Source: an archaeon
GTDB lineage: Archaea; Nanobdellota; Nanobdellia; Woesearchaeales; UBA9642
Direction: 5' to 3'
Assembly: GCA_020057295.1 (NCBI GenBank)
Contig: JAGVGF010000006.1
Location: 179,752 to 243,751 of the forward strand
DNA length: 64,000 nucleotides
This document shows, in pieces, positions 32,401-38,619 of this stretch. Both the position numbers and the translations under genes were made by a program. Position 1 is the stretch's first letter, and every line of letters starts with the position of its first letter. A model generated the notes under the pieces. The model made no database searches, had not been told where the DNA came from, and saw nothing but the letters and a program-made list of their open reading frames with translations.

Positions 32401-34398
32401 ACAGCTAATGATAATGGACAGTATGAAGTATGTGATTGTCCAAATGGTATATGTACACAGGAACAAACTAGAGGATTATATTGCGGATCATTTACAGGAC
32501 AAAACTTTACTGGTCAAGGAATATTAAGATGTGCTAATGATTGTACTGCATTCAATAAGGTTGATTGTGATAAAGGTCAAGGATACTGTGGTGATGGTAA
32601 GATTCAAGTCAATAGTAATGGACAACATGAAGCATGTGATGGAACTAAATTTGCTGAAGGTATGAACTGTGCAAAATTAGGATATACTAGCGGAGAATTG
32701 GCATGTTCACATTGTGAATTAAACGCAAGCAGATGTTCTAAAACAGGAGTGACAACTCCTCCTGGCGGTCCTGTATGTAGTAACGCATTATTAGAAGGAG
32801 AAGTTTGTGAAGCTGGATCAGCAAACGTTACGTGTTTATCATTTGGTTATGATTATGGATATAATAATGCATTCGTACCATGTACATCATGCAGATACGA
32901 TTTAGCTGGATGCTACTTCAACTTAACACAAATAGTAACTCCTCCAGGAGGAAATCCTTGTGGTAATGGTAGACTTGAGAGTAGCGAAGATTGTGATGGA
33001 ACATTAGGATTAAATACCGTCTCATGTAAATCTATATTAGCTAATAATTATAGCATAGGTAATGTAAGTTGTAAGAGTACATGTAAATATGATACAAGTA
33101 AATGTGTCGATAGTAGAAATGGCTTGAGCAAATGTGTAAATGGTGTTAAAGATATTACTGAAGCAGATGTAGATTGTGGTGGAGATTGTGCAGGATGTTC
33201 CTTTAATAAAACTTGCTTTGGAAATAGTGATTGTGCAAGTAATAAATGTGTAAGTAGTAAGTGTGCAATTAATACATGTAACAACAGTAAATTTGATTCA
33301 GCATATGAAACAGATGTAGATTGTGGCGGAACATGTAAGCCATGTGATAATACTAAGAGTTGTACAGTAACAAGTGATTGTGTATCAGGATATTGTATTA
33401 GTAATAAATGTGATGTGAATCCTTGTGCTAATGGAATATTAGATGAGGGAGAAGTAGATATTGATTGTGGTGGAAGTTGTACATTATGTAATGTCGGACA
33501 AAAATGTGCTAGTAGTTCTGAATGTAGCACTGATAGTTGTGTTAACAATGTATGTACAGAAAAAGCTGAGCTTCCAAATACTAATCTTGAAGAATTAAAA
33601 TTGATACTATTAATATTTGGAATAGTACTAACTTTAGGTGGTACAGGATATATTGTATATAGATCGTTCTTTGGACAAAATATTAGCAACGGTAAAAAAC
33701 CTCCACAAAGCGGAATTCCACCAATAGCTAATATTAAAACTCCTAAACAATCTTTAGAAGAACAAAGAGGTATACAGAAACAAAAAGAAGCAATGTCTAA
33801 ACGTCAAGAGATGCGTGATTCTCAACGTAAGACAATAATACAAAATTTAGAAACAACAGCTAGACCTAAAAAAACAGAAGAAGAATTACATAAGCTTGAA
33901 GAAAAACCAACATTAAAGAAAGAAGAGAAGAATGAAGAAGAATATGTTGATTTATCAAATATTGATAATAAAAAATCTACAAAGAACGATAAAGTTAGCT
34001 CAAAAGAAAATTCAACATTTGGAAAATTAAAAGATATAACAAATAAAGACTCTGGAACTAAGAAAGGCAGTGAAGCATCAACATTTGATAAATTGAAAAA
34101 TATAAGTAAAAGTGATGAGATAGTTCAAAAGATTGCTCAAATGTCTGGAAGTTCTAAAGAAGATATAAAACCTGCATTAAATAACAAATTAACAGGAGAA
34201 GATGCACTAAAATTATTTGGAAACTTAAATAAAGAAAAAATTACTTCAGATGTATTCAGAGAGATATTATCTCACTTGATTGAAGGCGGTAAGATTACTA
34301 AAGAGAATGTTTCTAGCATATTATTCGAATACATGGATCGTGGAGTATTAACTAAGGGCGAAGTTGCTAAAATCTCTTCTGAATTAAAGATAATATAA
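17485..34398 (+). CDS. Giant (5637 aa) membrane-anchored surface protein / adhesin
   Basis: Sec-type signal peptide, carboxypeptidase-regulatory-like sandwiches, about six 500-600 aa supermodules marked by CV(K/R)xxD, CGDG and DVDCGG Cys repeats, TM LILLIFGIVLTLGGTGYIVY near 33600, charged cytoplasmic tail. Confidence 0.92.
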   Translation: MNLRVLKYFIVFILLLSTFILVNSSNVNATCNVWFNGCYKDANACTVGSASYNQYKCRPFVDVDAPICTLGNDPKCMPGCCCPTSASAELTLSGLCNVTRGTFNSGSYTLTQCQNFCSSVVAGSKYNITGTVTIVGTGLVSGAHITLNPSAKNNNTISGGTYSLYNVDPGTYTVTAEYSGCNNNTQVVIVNSNVVSDITIKCDYYSVSGNVNYTSGGISGAEVKSSVGNIISGTNGAYTLSNILKNTAFDITANKTIGVNCFGTIHINPVQSNLVGQNITLVCNTYTFNGTIKKRDNSPLSDATVSSRGGLTTGNAAGFYNFNSVTPGSITVTAVKNGIAVSGGIMSCSGELSFSLDNNYINKDFIVTCCTDKTYKSPCIDGQIETTVETTCDDGRPLTNTKSYAPCSVPTACEWNLTWTGCAANAETESAVPGTPAKIIANGCDPNIITPQPELVRACPTQCGDGNLNVSRILNGFVVPETCDYNYKSGIYNVSDSCFAAWQAADISNPKKINFKSDLTTDATCYIGNCTCKTPPPKIIPTCVDNPGNLSDLNISHIAMQHAFNVSWNITNQSCANYVSNFSLRICNNATGACMDVLNNYVPVNNSISNNSRAYLHNASDNKPIPIVELTEYCYELTVTFNDSIVDPAKRKSSMIKCIKAGDEKCMSIHTDSWCTSNKKTSCYANNTINIVPTICSATEFCTNVNGNAECVYQPECNLCNGIFGILSYSELRIPSLRSDANLGKLIWCPSLVHPNPNPSQDWFDSSNLYGCYLDYSMSTTVDQSYDCDKVLSCYNYLSKDSCENDYCNKFNQTGANGCGWQPYNGDKSLTPNIFGKGVCRPKNESEQQCGLCNDNNPLKVNRIFSNCTKDICGLYGNCFFNTNGNNCMNARDVTCPTYTLQDDCIGTSRKNVSTVVDWNLVDGLLRKVSGTNVRINSSDAVGLGVCYWDGSCKRNTDNKTDIVDCKPIALGGKLTICTKDYIAPVTKITNRTAYGLLMDLNGEIEIQDNNAWPIGDSSIDTSYINIGPSKTTWMYYCVSAYGVGPCYPDNTMNFTDSQQKYKVNLTNFGLSNANNSQLFTMYYFSEDPAKNLELIKSFTFKLDTEGPNVNVNIGLDPYKLSRNQWLTNITVDLQVVNNELSPPVECKFTMHPPETIDRVISFNGKEQYNIPRRDNPSDVKIYNIATDRLHTAYPELVNGAYTWELDCFDAAKNPTHKTGSIQIDGDLRINNPIPKTKTFTTRSLATGTVHTYPVNISVNTTGPGLCKYNDTTPSLPFNSASMISMINGSFNDTLKTQQHNATINIPLNEPYINGTGLYYYYIACNVSINSEYNVITGDDSDNPAFAIDDAAPETKLMDAGRIPIKEYNSSIPAKDGSVEDVLRLILSCDDNNTLLRTLSNASMAFGCNNTARYYCIYNSSNDCTNTATYTQFTSDIVLNYNIRDGPDKKMYGNNPRIFFYSKDLGGNVEDIKYVQLKLKNNVLENPNVTLYNPYDISKDIMNITARGIDINQALIAIKVNYSDETNVSIASLSKYYEVHKIDSDNAYVPLREDTPLNNTGEFLFFRQYWPNGKYNLTINATDEDGNNNINTTIFYVEAPENFVQLQSPVLGIGTTRFYNINVSTLYDSTCKYSTSVYPAYINLSDWYIQLDYKLFNITNVSENLYHNIANYDGDASGTLYVICKTIDSLDESNKSYVMTSFPVGYLTTNPVVKNITFIGQPTFDPFNSTIINASYNATIIKVITDQDTVCRINGTSTILNVYNMMLNGSGVLENISDYNSYSTTHTLLINYSGRLGSTISGVFNYTINCTNHAQRTIANDTKIYLDLNYPAPSLTYSVNNSYITRKSINVTFNDPYITNYTYSIITNIADPCTYLTSKAFGTILDVKETSKVCVKGVDVLGRADTKTIPITIRNFDSGNVTVISPRYLKDKYILGQTATFDLVIDTDVNATCKYTKAADFLEGGTNPLDTLSFDYIYNDARAKLMNTTNSTSNITGYNIGFGENVFEDLIIICKAANVDPTSSPNISRAFSVAWDNTSSSININAPQLIDDMNNRIAVFDITTDDNTMCYFNGTLFNGDKDNILYNDSTKYVSYKQTHRHTTYYTNPEHYVGNDILYTYNITCINTAGLSGKNNTNIRFKPAINISVTRNSPTLYLTNTSLLVSANTSIQANCSLYVNNTFSRWMAPTSNNKTHNILIDLKDNEYNLNVSCFVNSNISIRGSTNYTVIVDTRPSRVELSANSIMCNLSFFNASLNIISAYGIKNYTYVVYNGLNNEINRTKITSSMGRTYNTLLNYTTPTNVNGEAYSLEVSAIFNDGSTDSKTVSVTTYDPATDSHCDYVNPGLTITNKTINANMAEVNISCTDANSGCKGYSYDIIPVGWDCATRAVYGSLQTFTNNNASIILTNGQTGRLCVKVYDNSVNNNYNTTDVTINTRVAICSNGELDRIDPAIIANYNLAIGSTNDYNEVCDGSNLRINSCINVPHSPAYTAGTLTCNLGICSTYNESQCRQGMPITLTTPLYFGIANKSIYNLTITTPSNSTCRLVTTQLPDPLPEGVTIIDIYNEAADKNLTNRTNYKENYITINATELNDTSLFNEYARIICNNTEPNANETGQAYNEIPLTLGYYANGPTLNITGPSIIRDFNSRIITLTVDTNHPSICYIEGPLTGGAYAKANIPPGKALNKYYDYDYTRLRTLNYMAVVNPLDYDKFRYNISCTDRANLTTVKEYNITYNISQDINITFNMANYSLNSNVEIAVNTSVIANCTIFIDGFNNGTFGANGLIHSKYFTLGSKNNHEIGVQCNIPNTVIYSEIKYHNITVDLQNPTVNISTINTTTCNLESFDVKVNGSDDTTLISYNYTVTSTGISYTSGSINIPDTITFNNEGNGLTDGQVYNIDVYTIDQFGKNSDHKQLAITAHSPNNSITCDSREPTITIGTATIINNTFATVEINCTDSKDVANGISASGCQSKYKYATVPKGDCSGLTESDYKEAEFSNTDEYSSTRKLILYGDVAKLCVRGMDRSGKYAYANKTISLNAIGCGDGIIQIKPTLSDLGYVSSYDNWNQAYYDSITYEYCDTNGATGATNLSGQSCQSLGEGVGGTLSCPHTGANKCNFDTSNCVKGINVILISPLPFGLGQYNNYNLSVGTNNYTSVCKIGELTYPGDTIGSFNYNTMNVMNQSVVNSSINNYTITMNGGEYYYAHKYIICNASISGYTGPVLGTFGILDVYTGYEGTLPNISLGLDRTKLFDWNDRTAYVYINTTDTNGIDENTVCYINDSGILYNTYLIPNGNVTDYSTYSSKKAVYVDFGSRYTNPAYKMFTYNVTCINRAQKNTSKTINLEYNIVDYININKTFPSSQYIGSATTDLDIKTNILARCTVNDGTLKSMDSTLSTTHTTNVNIGNGWKNVTVICTSPFASSRTLINTTEFRFRGSTVGPNDVAINVTYNSCSLNDVNITFNSTDVTGTGIDNYNYSISSGVKDWTIVNTVGGNTHINIKPSVSLVSGSEYTVQATAVDKAGFVSSVTSTTFRALNNTVWQCDNTNPSMTITLQPVTSIYRKDVEIKCTDNYCTTSFDYALIDQSGSCNSATYITKSYDTINTDYSTGKLTIDNTSKVCVKGRDLKGNLGTYELVVTVTDRTSGIIRIIYPTFLEGQYITSNTSVTNVVIDTGVTANCRLTEATGTLPASNNAVYAGSKDFNVTGSTLKIHNITNFTFTNANTLYDWLFICNRTDVLNAPESEAYIMDVYSLMYDATKPTIDSVSSTSVTDRWDKNTELTIITNEPTICYRDGVIINNLNTSKYNDYNTKHIEKISYISLGETSQTFNYNIICMNRAKLNSTSSGISVLYDLNDTLGLVKTAPASSSDDIYLASNSVELQVRTNLLAVCTANNGSVTNVMELQQPSTDQYYYYNIQLSSLSNITNVNVTCVRSGSIDESHKYILHSNVVGPQQPTVSVSPNVCSLTNVALTFNVTDATGVGIREYNYTILNSTLGTAKGWSTITSNTDTATLSLTPDQTYTVQFIATDNAGFKSSLGVGTFIPRAGTTWYCDNTYPGINVRIVSNSIFYKDVNVSCNDNYCNTTFKWDFISQSGTCSGTSTYDKTGYYNQLLSFNNNSGRLCVKGYDYIGHNTYNETSVDIISRNAGVMNITNPTFLETQYIIARSNVTDINLTTDISSDCKYIAGNSSTNDTIAYSGATPFTTTGGTTNHSISGFRIYSQPNEFEDYYFICKRNDIVASESEAYAVKKDYRITYDGTNPVINNYSATDVTDNLNKKTNIRLTTNEPTICYYNNGSLMNNDNIKLYSSYTKDHETIIDYTLTLDNNPHQLNYTLYCMNFVGLNSTKVNISIRYEFTNVLNLTKVRPDGVNNPVYLSINNTELQVKVNMDSSCKYVLNGGAQTNIAFSATTGSEYYYTTTLNNLANSNTISVTCTRSGSLPVSAVYNVYANNAGPTNMNVSANTITTCGQPNVTVTFSATNTGAGIKGFNYTIRDETAGTFISNAFTNSTTVTIDTSVWIAGHVYKIESRAVDNADVSSSSDWIAITSTTSSATVCDNTNPSLTITDQQTSFLDVMDVRISCTDTISGCTSRFNYSLLDANTNNCTGATYDNTELYTNNLTITDRGRLCVKGYDRNNNSGYNTEIVNIMSKNNTVNVTTDTPIPPVNSIYPNTLTTTSRLINVTLTSTLGATCRYGLTPNNNNGLANMYTNYIPFNTSGDTTHIIREFDTQEKYEQLVDVICYNQSLSATPYSRLTLRIVYISSTSTPLIQFTAQPSIVYDWNNRKAKLIITTNQETVCTLTSANDNKNNLPTDIGNYSNALTYQLNHEKDLDYTGYDISIRTFTYSVTCKNLVQLSSSNTTAILYNVSKNISIELISPLNYNSSTVDLMINTSLIANCNLLLDGTDKGALSKDNTGLFHNIVLTGLVNGTYNTEFRCIVPILGVTVSKNYSITVNTSRPRTYCGDGLTQFMTANDNGQYEVCDCPNGICTQEQTRGLYCGSFTGQNFTGQGILRCANDCTAFNKVDCDKGQGYCGDGKIQVNSNGQHEACDGTKFAEGMNCAKLGYTSGELACSHCELNASRCSKTGVTTPPGGPVCSNALLEGEVCEAGSANVTCLSFGYDYGYNNAFVPCTSCRYDLAGCYFNLTQIVTPPGGNPCGNGRLESSEDCDGTLGLNTVSCKSILANNYSIGNVSCKSTCKYDTSKCVDSRNGLSKCVNGVKDITEADVDCGGDCAGCSFNKTCFGNSDCASNKCVSSKCAINTCNNSKFDSAYETDVDCGGTCKPCDNTKSCTVTSDCVSGYCISNKCDVNPCANGILDEGEVDIDCGGSCTLCNVGQKCASSSECSTDSCVNNVCTEKAELPNTNLEELKLILLIFGIVLTLGGTGYIVYRSFFGQNISNGKKPPQSGIPPIANIKTPKQSLEEQRGIQKQKEAMSKRQEMRDSQRKTIIQNLETTARPKKTEEELHKLEEKPTLKKEEKNEEEYVDLSNIDNKKSTKNDKVSSKENSTFGKLKDITNKDSGTKKGSEASTFDKLKNISKSDEIVQKIAQMSGSSKEDIKPALNNKLTGEDALKLFGNLNKEKITSDVFREILSHLIEGGKITKENVSSILFEYMDRGVLTKGEVAKISSELKII

Positions 34399-34411
34399 GA
34401 GTACAACTCAT

Positions 34412-34924
34412 ATGAGAAAAGGTCAAGTCGCAGGACAGATATTCATATATATTATGGCAGTTATAGTAGTTGGTGGTATAGCCTTAATAGGATATTCTGC
34501 AATCAAAGGCATAGTTAGTAAGAGTTGTGATGCTGAAAAATTAACATTTAAGTCAGACATGGAATCATTAATAGAAAAATATACATCTTATGGTTCTGTA
34601 AATAATAAAGTAATTACTGCACCATGTGATTATGACACAGTATGTTTTGTGGATAGCAGTAAGATGGGAACAGATCTTACTTTATGTACTACAAATAATA
34701 TTATCAAGGATAGTATACGTGTTGGTAGTTCTGATGGTAGTAGTAAAAATATTTTTGTAATATCTGGAGGAAAAACTATAGGTATAGGATATAGTTCACT
34801 TATTAGCCTACCACTTGCTCAACAAAATAATTGTACATGTATTAAACAACGTAATAAAAATTTTTATATAACATTTAATGGCAAAGGATCTAGTGCGGAA
34901 ATAAGTCCATACACTCCGGGTTAA
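34412..34924 (+). CDS. Prepilin-like protein (class III signal peptide)
   Basis: MRKG|QVAGQIFIYIMAVIVVGGIALIGY. Confidence 0.85.
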   Translation: MRKGQVAGQIFIYIMAVIVVGGIALIGYSAIKGIVSKSCDAEKLTFKSDMESLIEKYTSYGSVNNKVITAPCDYDTVCFVDSSKMGTDLTLCTTNNIIKDSIRVGSSDGSSKNIFVISGGKTIGIGYSSLISLPLAQQNNCTCIKQRNKNFYITFNGKGSSAEISPYTPG

Positions 34925-34925
34925 G

Positions 34926-35963
34926 ATGAAAAATGCTTCTAAAATTAATAAACTCAACAAGAAAGGTGTTGTGGATGTACAATTTAACTGGATATTTATT
35001 ATGATTACAGGATTTGTAATACTTTTATTCATTGTTAGTATTGTTTTAAGTCAAAAGAAAAATTCTGATACACAAGCAGCCTATTCTTCTATGAATCAGA
35101 TTGTTACAATACTTAAAGGCAAACAGCAAGCGGGAAACGTATATTCTGAAGTAAGCCTTCCAAAAACCAGTATGAGTTTTAGATGTGATCCGGTAACTAA
35201 TTATTTTACATTTAAAATTGAAGATTCTGAAAGAATACAAATGCCTTTAGAAATAATATTTGGTCCTAGAGATGTTGTTAGTAGTAAGGTACAATTTTGG
35301 AGTCAATCATTTGATGTACCGTTTCCTGTAACTATATTCACATATATGACTACAGCAAATAGTATTATAATGATTTATAACAATACAGACAGTTCTAATG
35401 CACAAAAATTATTTGATGATTTACCATCTAATGTTACAAAAAAGATAACAACAGATTTTAACGTCATAAAAGATTATACTAAATATAAAATTGTATGTAT
35501 CGAAGGTAGTTGTCCAACATCATCTATATCTAGAGAATACATTAAAATCAGTCCTGCTGCAGGATTGTATAGTTATGGTAATGTGACATTTTATACTAAA
35601 ACTAACACCGTACAGGGAACTGTTCCATACATTTCCAAAGCTTCGCTTCTTGGAGCATTATTTAGCGATAATGCAGAGTATTATACGTGTCAAATGAATC
35701 GTGCAATGATTCAATATGAAGTTAAAAGATCATTAGTTGAAAAAAGATTAGAGTTATTATACGATGACTTAAACCCGGGACAATGCAAAGTAAGTATTGA
35801 TGTAGCATTAAATGAATTAGTAATTCCTATGAGAAATAGCGTTTTAAGTTGGCCTAGTATCACAAATATTTATTCAAAATCATATGGTATAGATGCGGGA
35901 TCTACAAGTCTTACCGTAAGTAATATGGATTTAACATTGGGTAGCTGTCCAAAAATATATTAA
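34926..35963 (+). CDS. Prepilin-like protein (class III signal peptide)
   Basis: NKKG|VVDVQFNWIFIMITGFVILLF. Confidence 0.85.
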   Translation: MKNASKINKLNKKGVVDVQFNWIFIMITGFVILLFIVSIVLSQKKNSDTQAAYSSMNQIVTILKGKQQAGNVYSEVSLPKTSMSFRCDPVTNYFTFKIEDSERIQMPLEIIFGPRDVVSSKVQFWSQSFDVPFPVTIFTYMTTANSIIMIYNNTDSSNAQKLFDDLPSNVTKKITTDFNVIKDYTKYKIVCIEGSCPTSSISREYIKISPAAGLYSYGNVTFYTKTNTVQGTVPYISKASLLGALFSDNAEYYTCQMNRAMIQYEVKRSLVEKRLELLYDDLNPGQCKVSIDVALNELVIPMRNSVLSWPSITNIYSKSYGIDAGSTSLTVSNMDLTLGSCPKIY

Positions 35964-36011
35964 AGATATAATAAAGATAAAACAAAATCTGAAAAGTAAT
36001 CTGGAAAAAAT

Positions 36012-36509
36012 ATGTTGATAAAACGTAAAAACGGACAAGTACAACTTGGAGAAAGTACGGCAGTGATCGTTGTAGTTATTATAATCCTGTTTTTCGGAAT
36101 AATATTCTGGAACAAAATTAATAGTTCAGATATACAAAAGATAAATACTGAATCTCAGGAATTATCTGTTATAGAAATTGCGAATATAGTTTCTGAACTT
36201 CCAGAGCTAAAATGTTATGAAGTTAATGTTAACAAGATAAAATGTTTAGATTGGTATAAAGTATTAGCGATGAATGCCACAGTAAATAGTAACGGACCTA
36301 ATTATGAATTCTACAATAACTATTTCAAAAATTCAAAAATCACAATAAGGCAAATATATCCGACCAGCGTTAATATTACAATATACGATTCAAAACTTAG
36401 CAATAACACTAAAACATTGCTTATACCCATTCCCGTAAACATTAAAGATTACGTACATAAAACAACAGGATATGGTCTAATAATTGTAGAAGGATATTAC
36501 AAAGGCTGA
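36012..36509 (+). CDS. Prepilin-like protein (class III signal peptide)
   Basis: KRKNG|QVQLGESTAVIVVVIIILFFG. Confidence 0.85.
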   Translation: MLIKRKNGQVQLGESTAVIVVVIIILFFGIIFWNKINSSDIQKINTESQELSVIEIANIVSELPELKCYEVNVNKIKCLDWYKVLAMNATVNSNGPNYEFYNNYFKNSKITIRQIYPTSVNITIYDSKLSNNTKTLLIPIPVNIKDYVHKTTGYGLIIVEGYYKG

Positions 36510-36510
36510 A

Positions 36511-37029
36511 ATGAACATCAGACACAATAAAAAGATTAAGGGACAAATAGAAATATTTGGCTTAGCGGTGATTGTTATACTTATATCAATAGGATTTTTT
36601 ATATTTGTATCGCTTAAAGCGCAACATCCAACAGAAAATCCTCAAAAAGAGTATACTAATGACAAGCTTGCTAACGATTTTGTATTATCAATATTAGATG
36701 TTAATGTAAAAGATTGTGATACCTTTACTCTTAAAGATTTAATCGTAGATTGCGGCAGAGATAGAAAGATAGATTGTGGAGGAACATCTTCATGTTTCGC
36801 TGCTAATAAAACAATTACAGACTTGCTTAATGGAACTTTTATGGTCATGAATACTAAATTTAGATTCTATTCTGAAAATCTTAAAGATAACGCTGGTAGA
36901 GAAATCATTAATATAACACATCTTAATTGTACATCTAATATGCGTCAAGGACAAAGGGGTACAGCAATAATATCTTTATACCCTTGGCCCAACAATGTTT
37001 ATTTAAATATGAATATCTGCTATCAATAG
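36511..37029 (+). CDS. Prepilin-like protein (class III signal peptide)
   Basis: KKIKG|QIEIFGLAVIVILISIGFF. Confidence 0.85.
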   Translation: MNIRHNKKIKGQIEIFGLAVIVILISIGFFIFVSLKAQHPTENPQKEYTNDKLANDFVLSILDVNVKDCDTFTLKDLIVDCGRDRKIDCGGTSSCFAANKTITDLLNGTFMVMNTKFRFYSENLKDNAGREIINITHLNCTSNMRQGQRGTAIISLYPWPNNVYLNMNICYQ

Positions 37030-37065
37030 AAAGCTTTATAATATATTATACCAATATTATGCTCT

Positions 37066-37194
37066 ATGGAAGGCGATGATGATGGTGGAGTGAGTTGGAA
37101 TAAGATTGTTACATTAGTTTTTGTTATTAGTGCAATGATTATACTTATGATTTTGGTTACGATAATATTTATAATGCCTATATTGAGGGAATAA
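37066..37194 (+). CDS. 42-aa single-TM microprotein (absent from ORF track)
   Basis: MEGDDDGGVSWNKIVTLVFVISAMIILMILVTIIFIMPILRE; TATA-like TTTATAAT 23 nt upstream; stop 1 nt before the next ATG. Confidence 0.7.
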   Translation: MEGDDDGGVSWNKIVTLVFVISAMIILMILVTIIFIMPILRE

Positions 37195-37195
37195 A

Positions 37196-37777
37196 ATGAT
37201 GAATCTACCAGATAAGGATCCAAAAAGCCAAAGATTAGCATTATTACTAAAGATAATGGTATTCGTACTATTACTTATAGGAGTATTACTGCTTACAGGA
37301 TATTTGAAGAAGATAATGTTATTTGTCAATCCAGACATTGAAAACTGTAAAGGCGGTAGTTGTAGAGATTCATGTATTAAGGATCAAGAAATAATGAATA
37401 ATAATGCTGCATGCAGCGATACAAGCAAAGTCTGCTGTGTAATTAATGATAGAACTCCGAGTGCTGAATGTGTAGGATACACTAAAGGGTATGTCTGCGG
37501 TAGACTGATGATATGTGATGCTGACTTAGTTTGTGTGAGTAGATGTGATTATTGTGCACAAAATCCTGATGATAAAGCATGTGTTATAGATGCAGAAGTA
37601 GTAACCATCGGTGCTAGCGTAACTAAATTTGATGATAAATTCACGTGTGGTTGTACAGAAATGGACTGTAACAGTTTTGATAATAGTAAACTTGGAACAT
37701 GTGTTAAAGGATTCTGTCCTTCAGATGTGCCTGTAGCAACTAACTATATGTGTTGCGTAAATCCTTATAAGAAATAA
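37196..37777 (+). CDS. Membrane-anchored Cys-rich protein with defensin-like motif; paralog of 40987-41604
   Basis: N-terminal TM; C-x4-C-x3-C-x12-C-x6-CC; C(D/E)YCAQNP and FxCGC shared with 40987. Confidence 0.82.
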   Translation: MMNLPDKDPKSQRLALLLKIMVFVLLLIGVLLLTGYLKKIMLFVNPDIENCKGGSCRDSCIKDQEIMNNNAACSDTSKVCCVINDRTPSAECVGYTKGYVCGRLMICDADLVCVSRCDYCAQNPDDKACVIDAEVVTIGASVTKFDDKFTCGCTEMDCNSFDNSKLGTCVKGFCPSDVPVATNYMCCVNPYKK

Positions 37778-37800
37778 AAATATCAGAATAAAATAAAAAT

Positions 37801-38619
37801 ATGTTAAAAAAAAATACTCGTGGAATGTTTAGTCAACTATTAGTTATTGTATTGATATTAAGTGCAGCTATACTTATAATGTTAGTAGTTATGAAATTTT
37901 TATATTCTAATAACGCCAAAGGTGCTATTGATACATGCAGATTTAGTGTAGTTGCACAAAGCGCTACAGCACTTAAAGTAGATTCAAGCGGATTGACAAG
38001 TCCTATAGCAATTAATTGTGAGAAACGATACGTTAATTTATTCAATAATAAGGTGGAAATAGGAAATAATCCTGAAGATACAGATACTGCTCAAATAGTA
38101 TATAATAATAAGCCCGTAAAGAAATTTTTAGAATTAAACGACTTTATTGTTAATCAAATTGTCGCTGAAGAAATGAGAATATGCTGGTATCAATTTGGCC
38201 AAGGAAGAGTTAAAGTCTTTGCAAATGATAAAAACGTACTTGAAAATAGCAATGTTTGTTTCATATGTTCTGAGATAAGTTTTAAAGATAATATGGGTAA
38301 ATCAGAATTTGTAGGATTAGCAGATTATCTTAATCAAACATATATTGCTAATGAGAAAATGACTTATTACCAATACTTAAATGATGCTTCAATGTCTGCC
38401 GAAACTTTTGAACAGTATAATAAAGATGCAAAAAGTTCTGGAAAGACAAATATTTATGATATTAAATTATATAAGGATAAAACTTATTATATTATCTTTA
38501 AGAAAGGAGACTGGACCTTTAGGAGTAGTTATAGATTTTATCCTATAATTATTTCTTCAGATGAAATTAATGGTTATGATGCATATGATCACTCTTTATG
38601 CGATATGCAGGCAACATGA
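37801..38619 (+). CDS. Prepilin-like protein; paralog of 38616-39530
   Basis: NTRG|MFSQLLVIVLIL; CRxS, IVAEEMRICWYQFGQG, CFIC. Confidence 0.85.
   Translation: MLKKNTRGMFSQLLVIVLILSAAILIMLVVMKFLYSNNAKGAIDTCRFSVVAQSATALKVDSSGLTSPIAINCEKRYVNLFNNKVEIGNNPEDTDTAQIVYNNKPVKKFLELNDFIVNQIVAEEMRICWYQFGQGRVKVFANDKNVLENSNVCFICSEISFKDNMGKSEFVGLADYLNQTYIANEKMTYYQYLNDASMSAETFEQYNKDAKSSGKTNIYDIKLYKDKTYYIIFKKGDWTFRSSYRFYPIIISSDEINGYDAYDHSLCDMQAT

Noticed and set aside
1-34398. Eukaryotic or myxobacterial origin of the Cys-rich genes (contamination)
   Set aside because: The genes are intronless, AT-rich, have archaeal TATA boxes, and are contiguous with archaeal secY/rpl34e/rpl14e.
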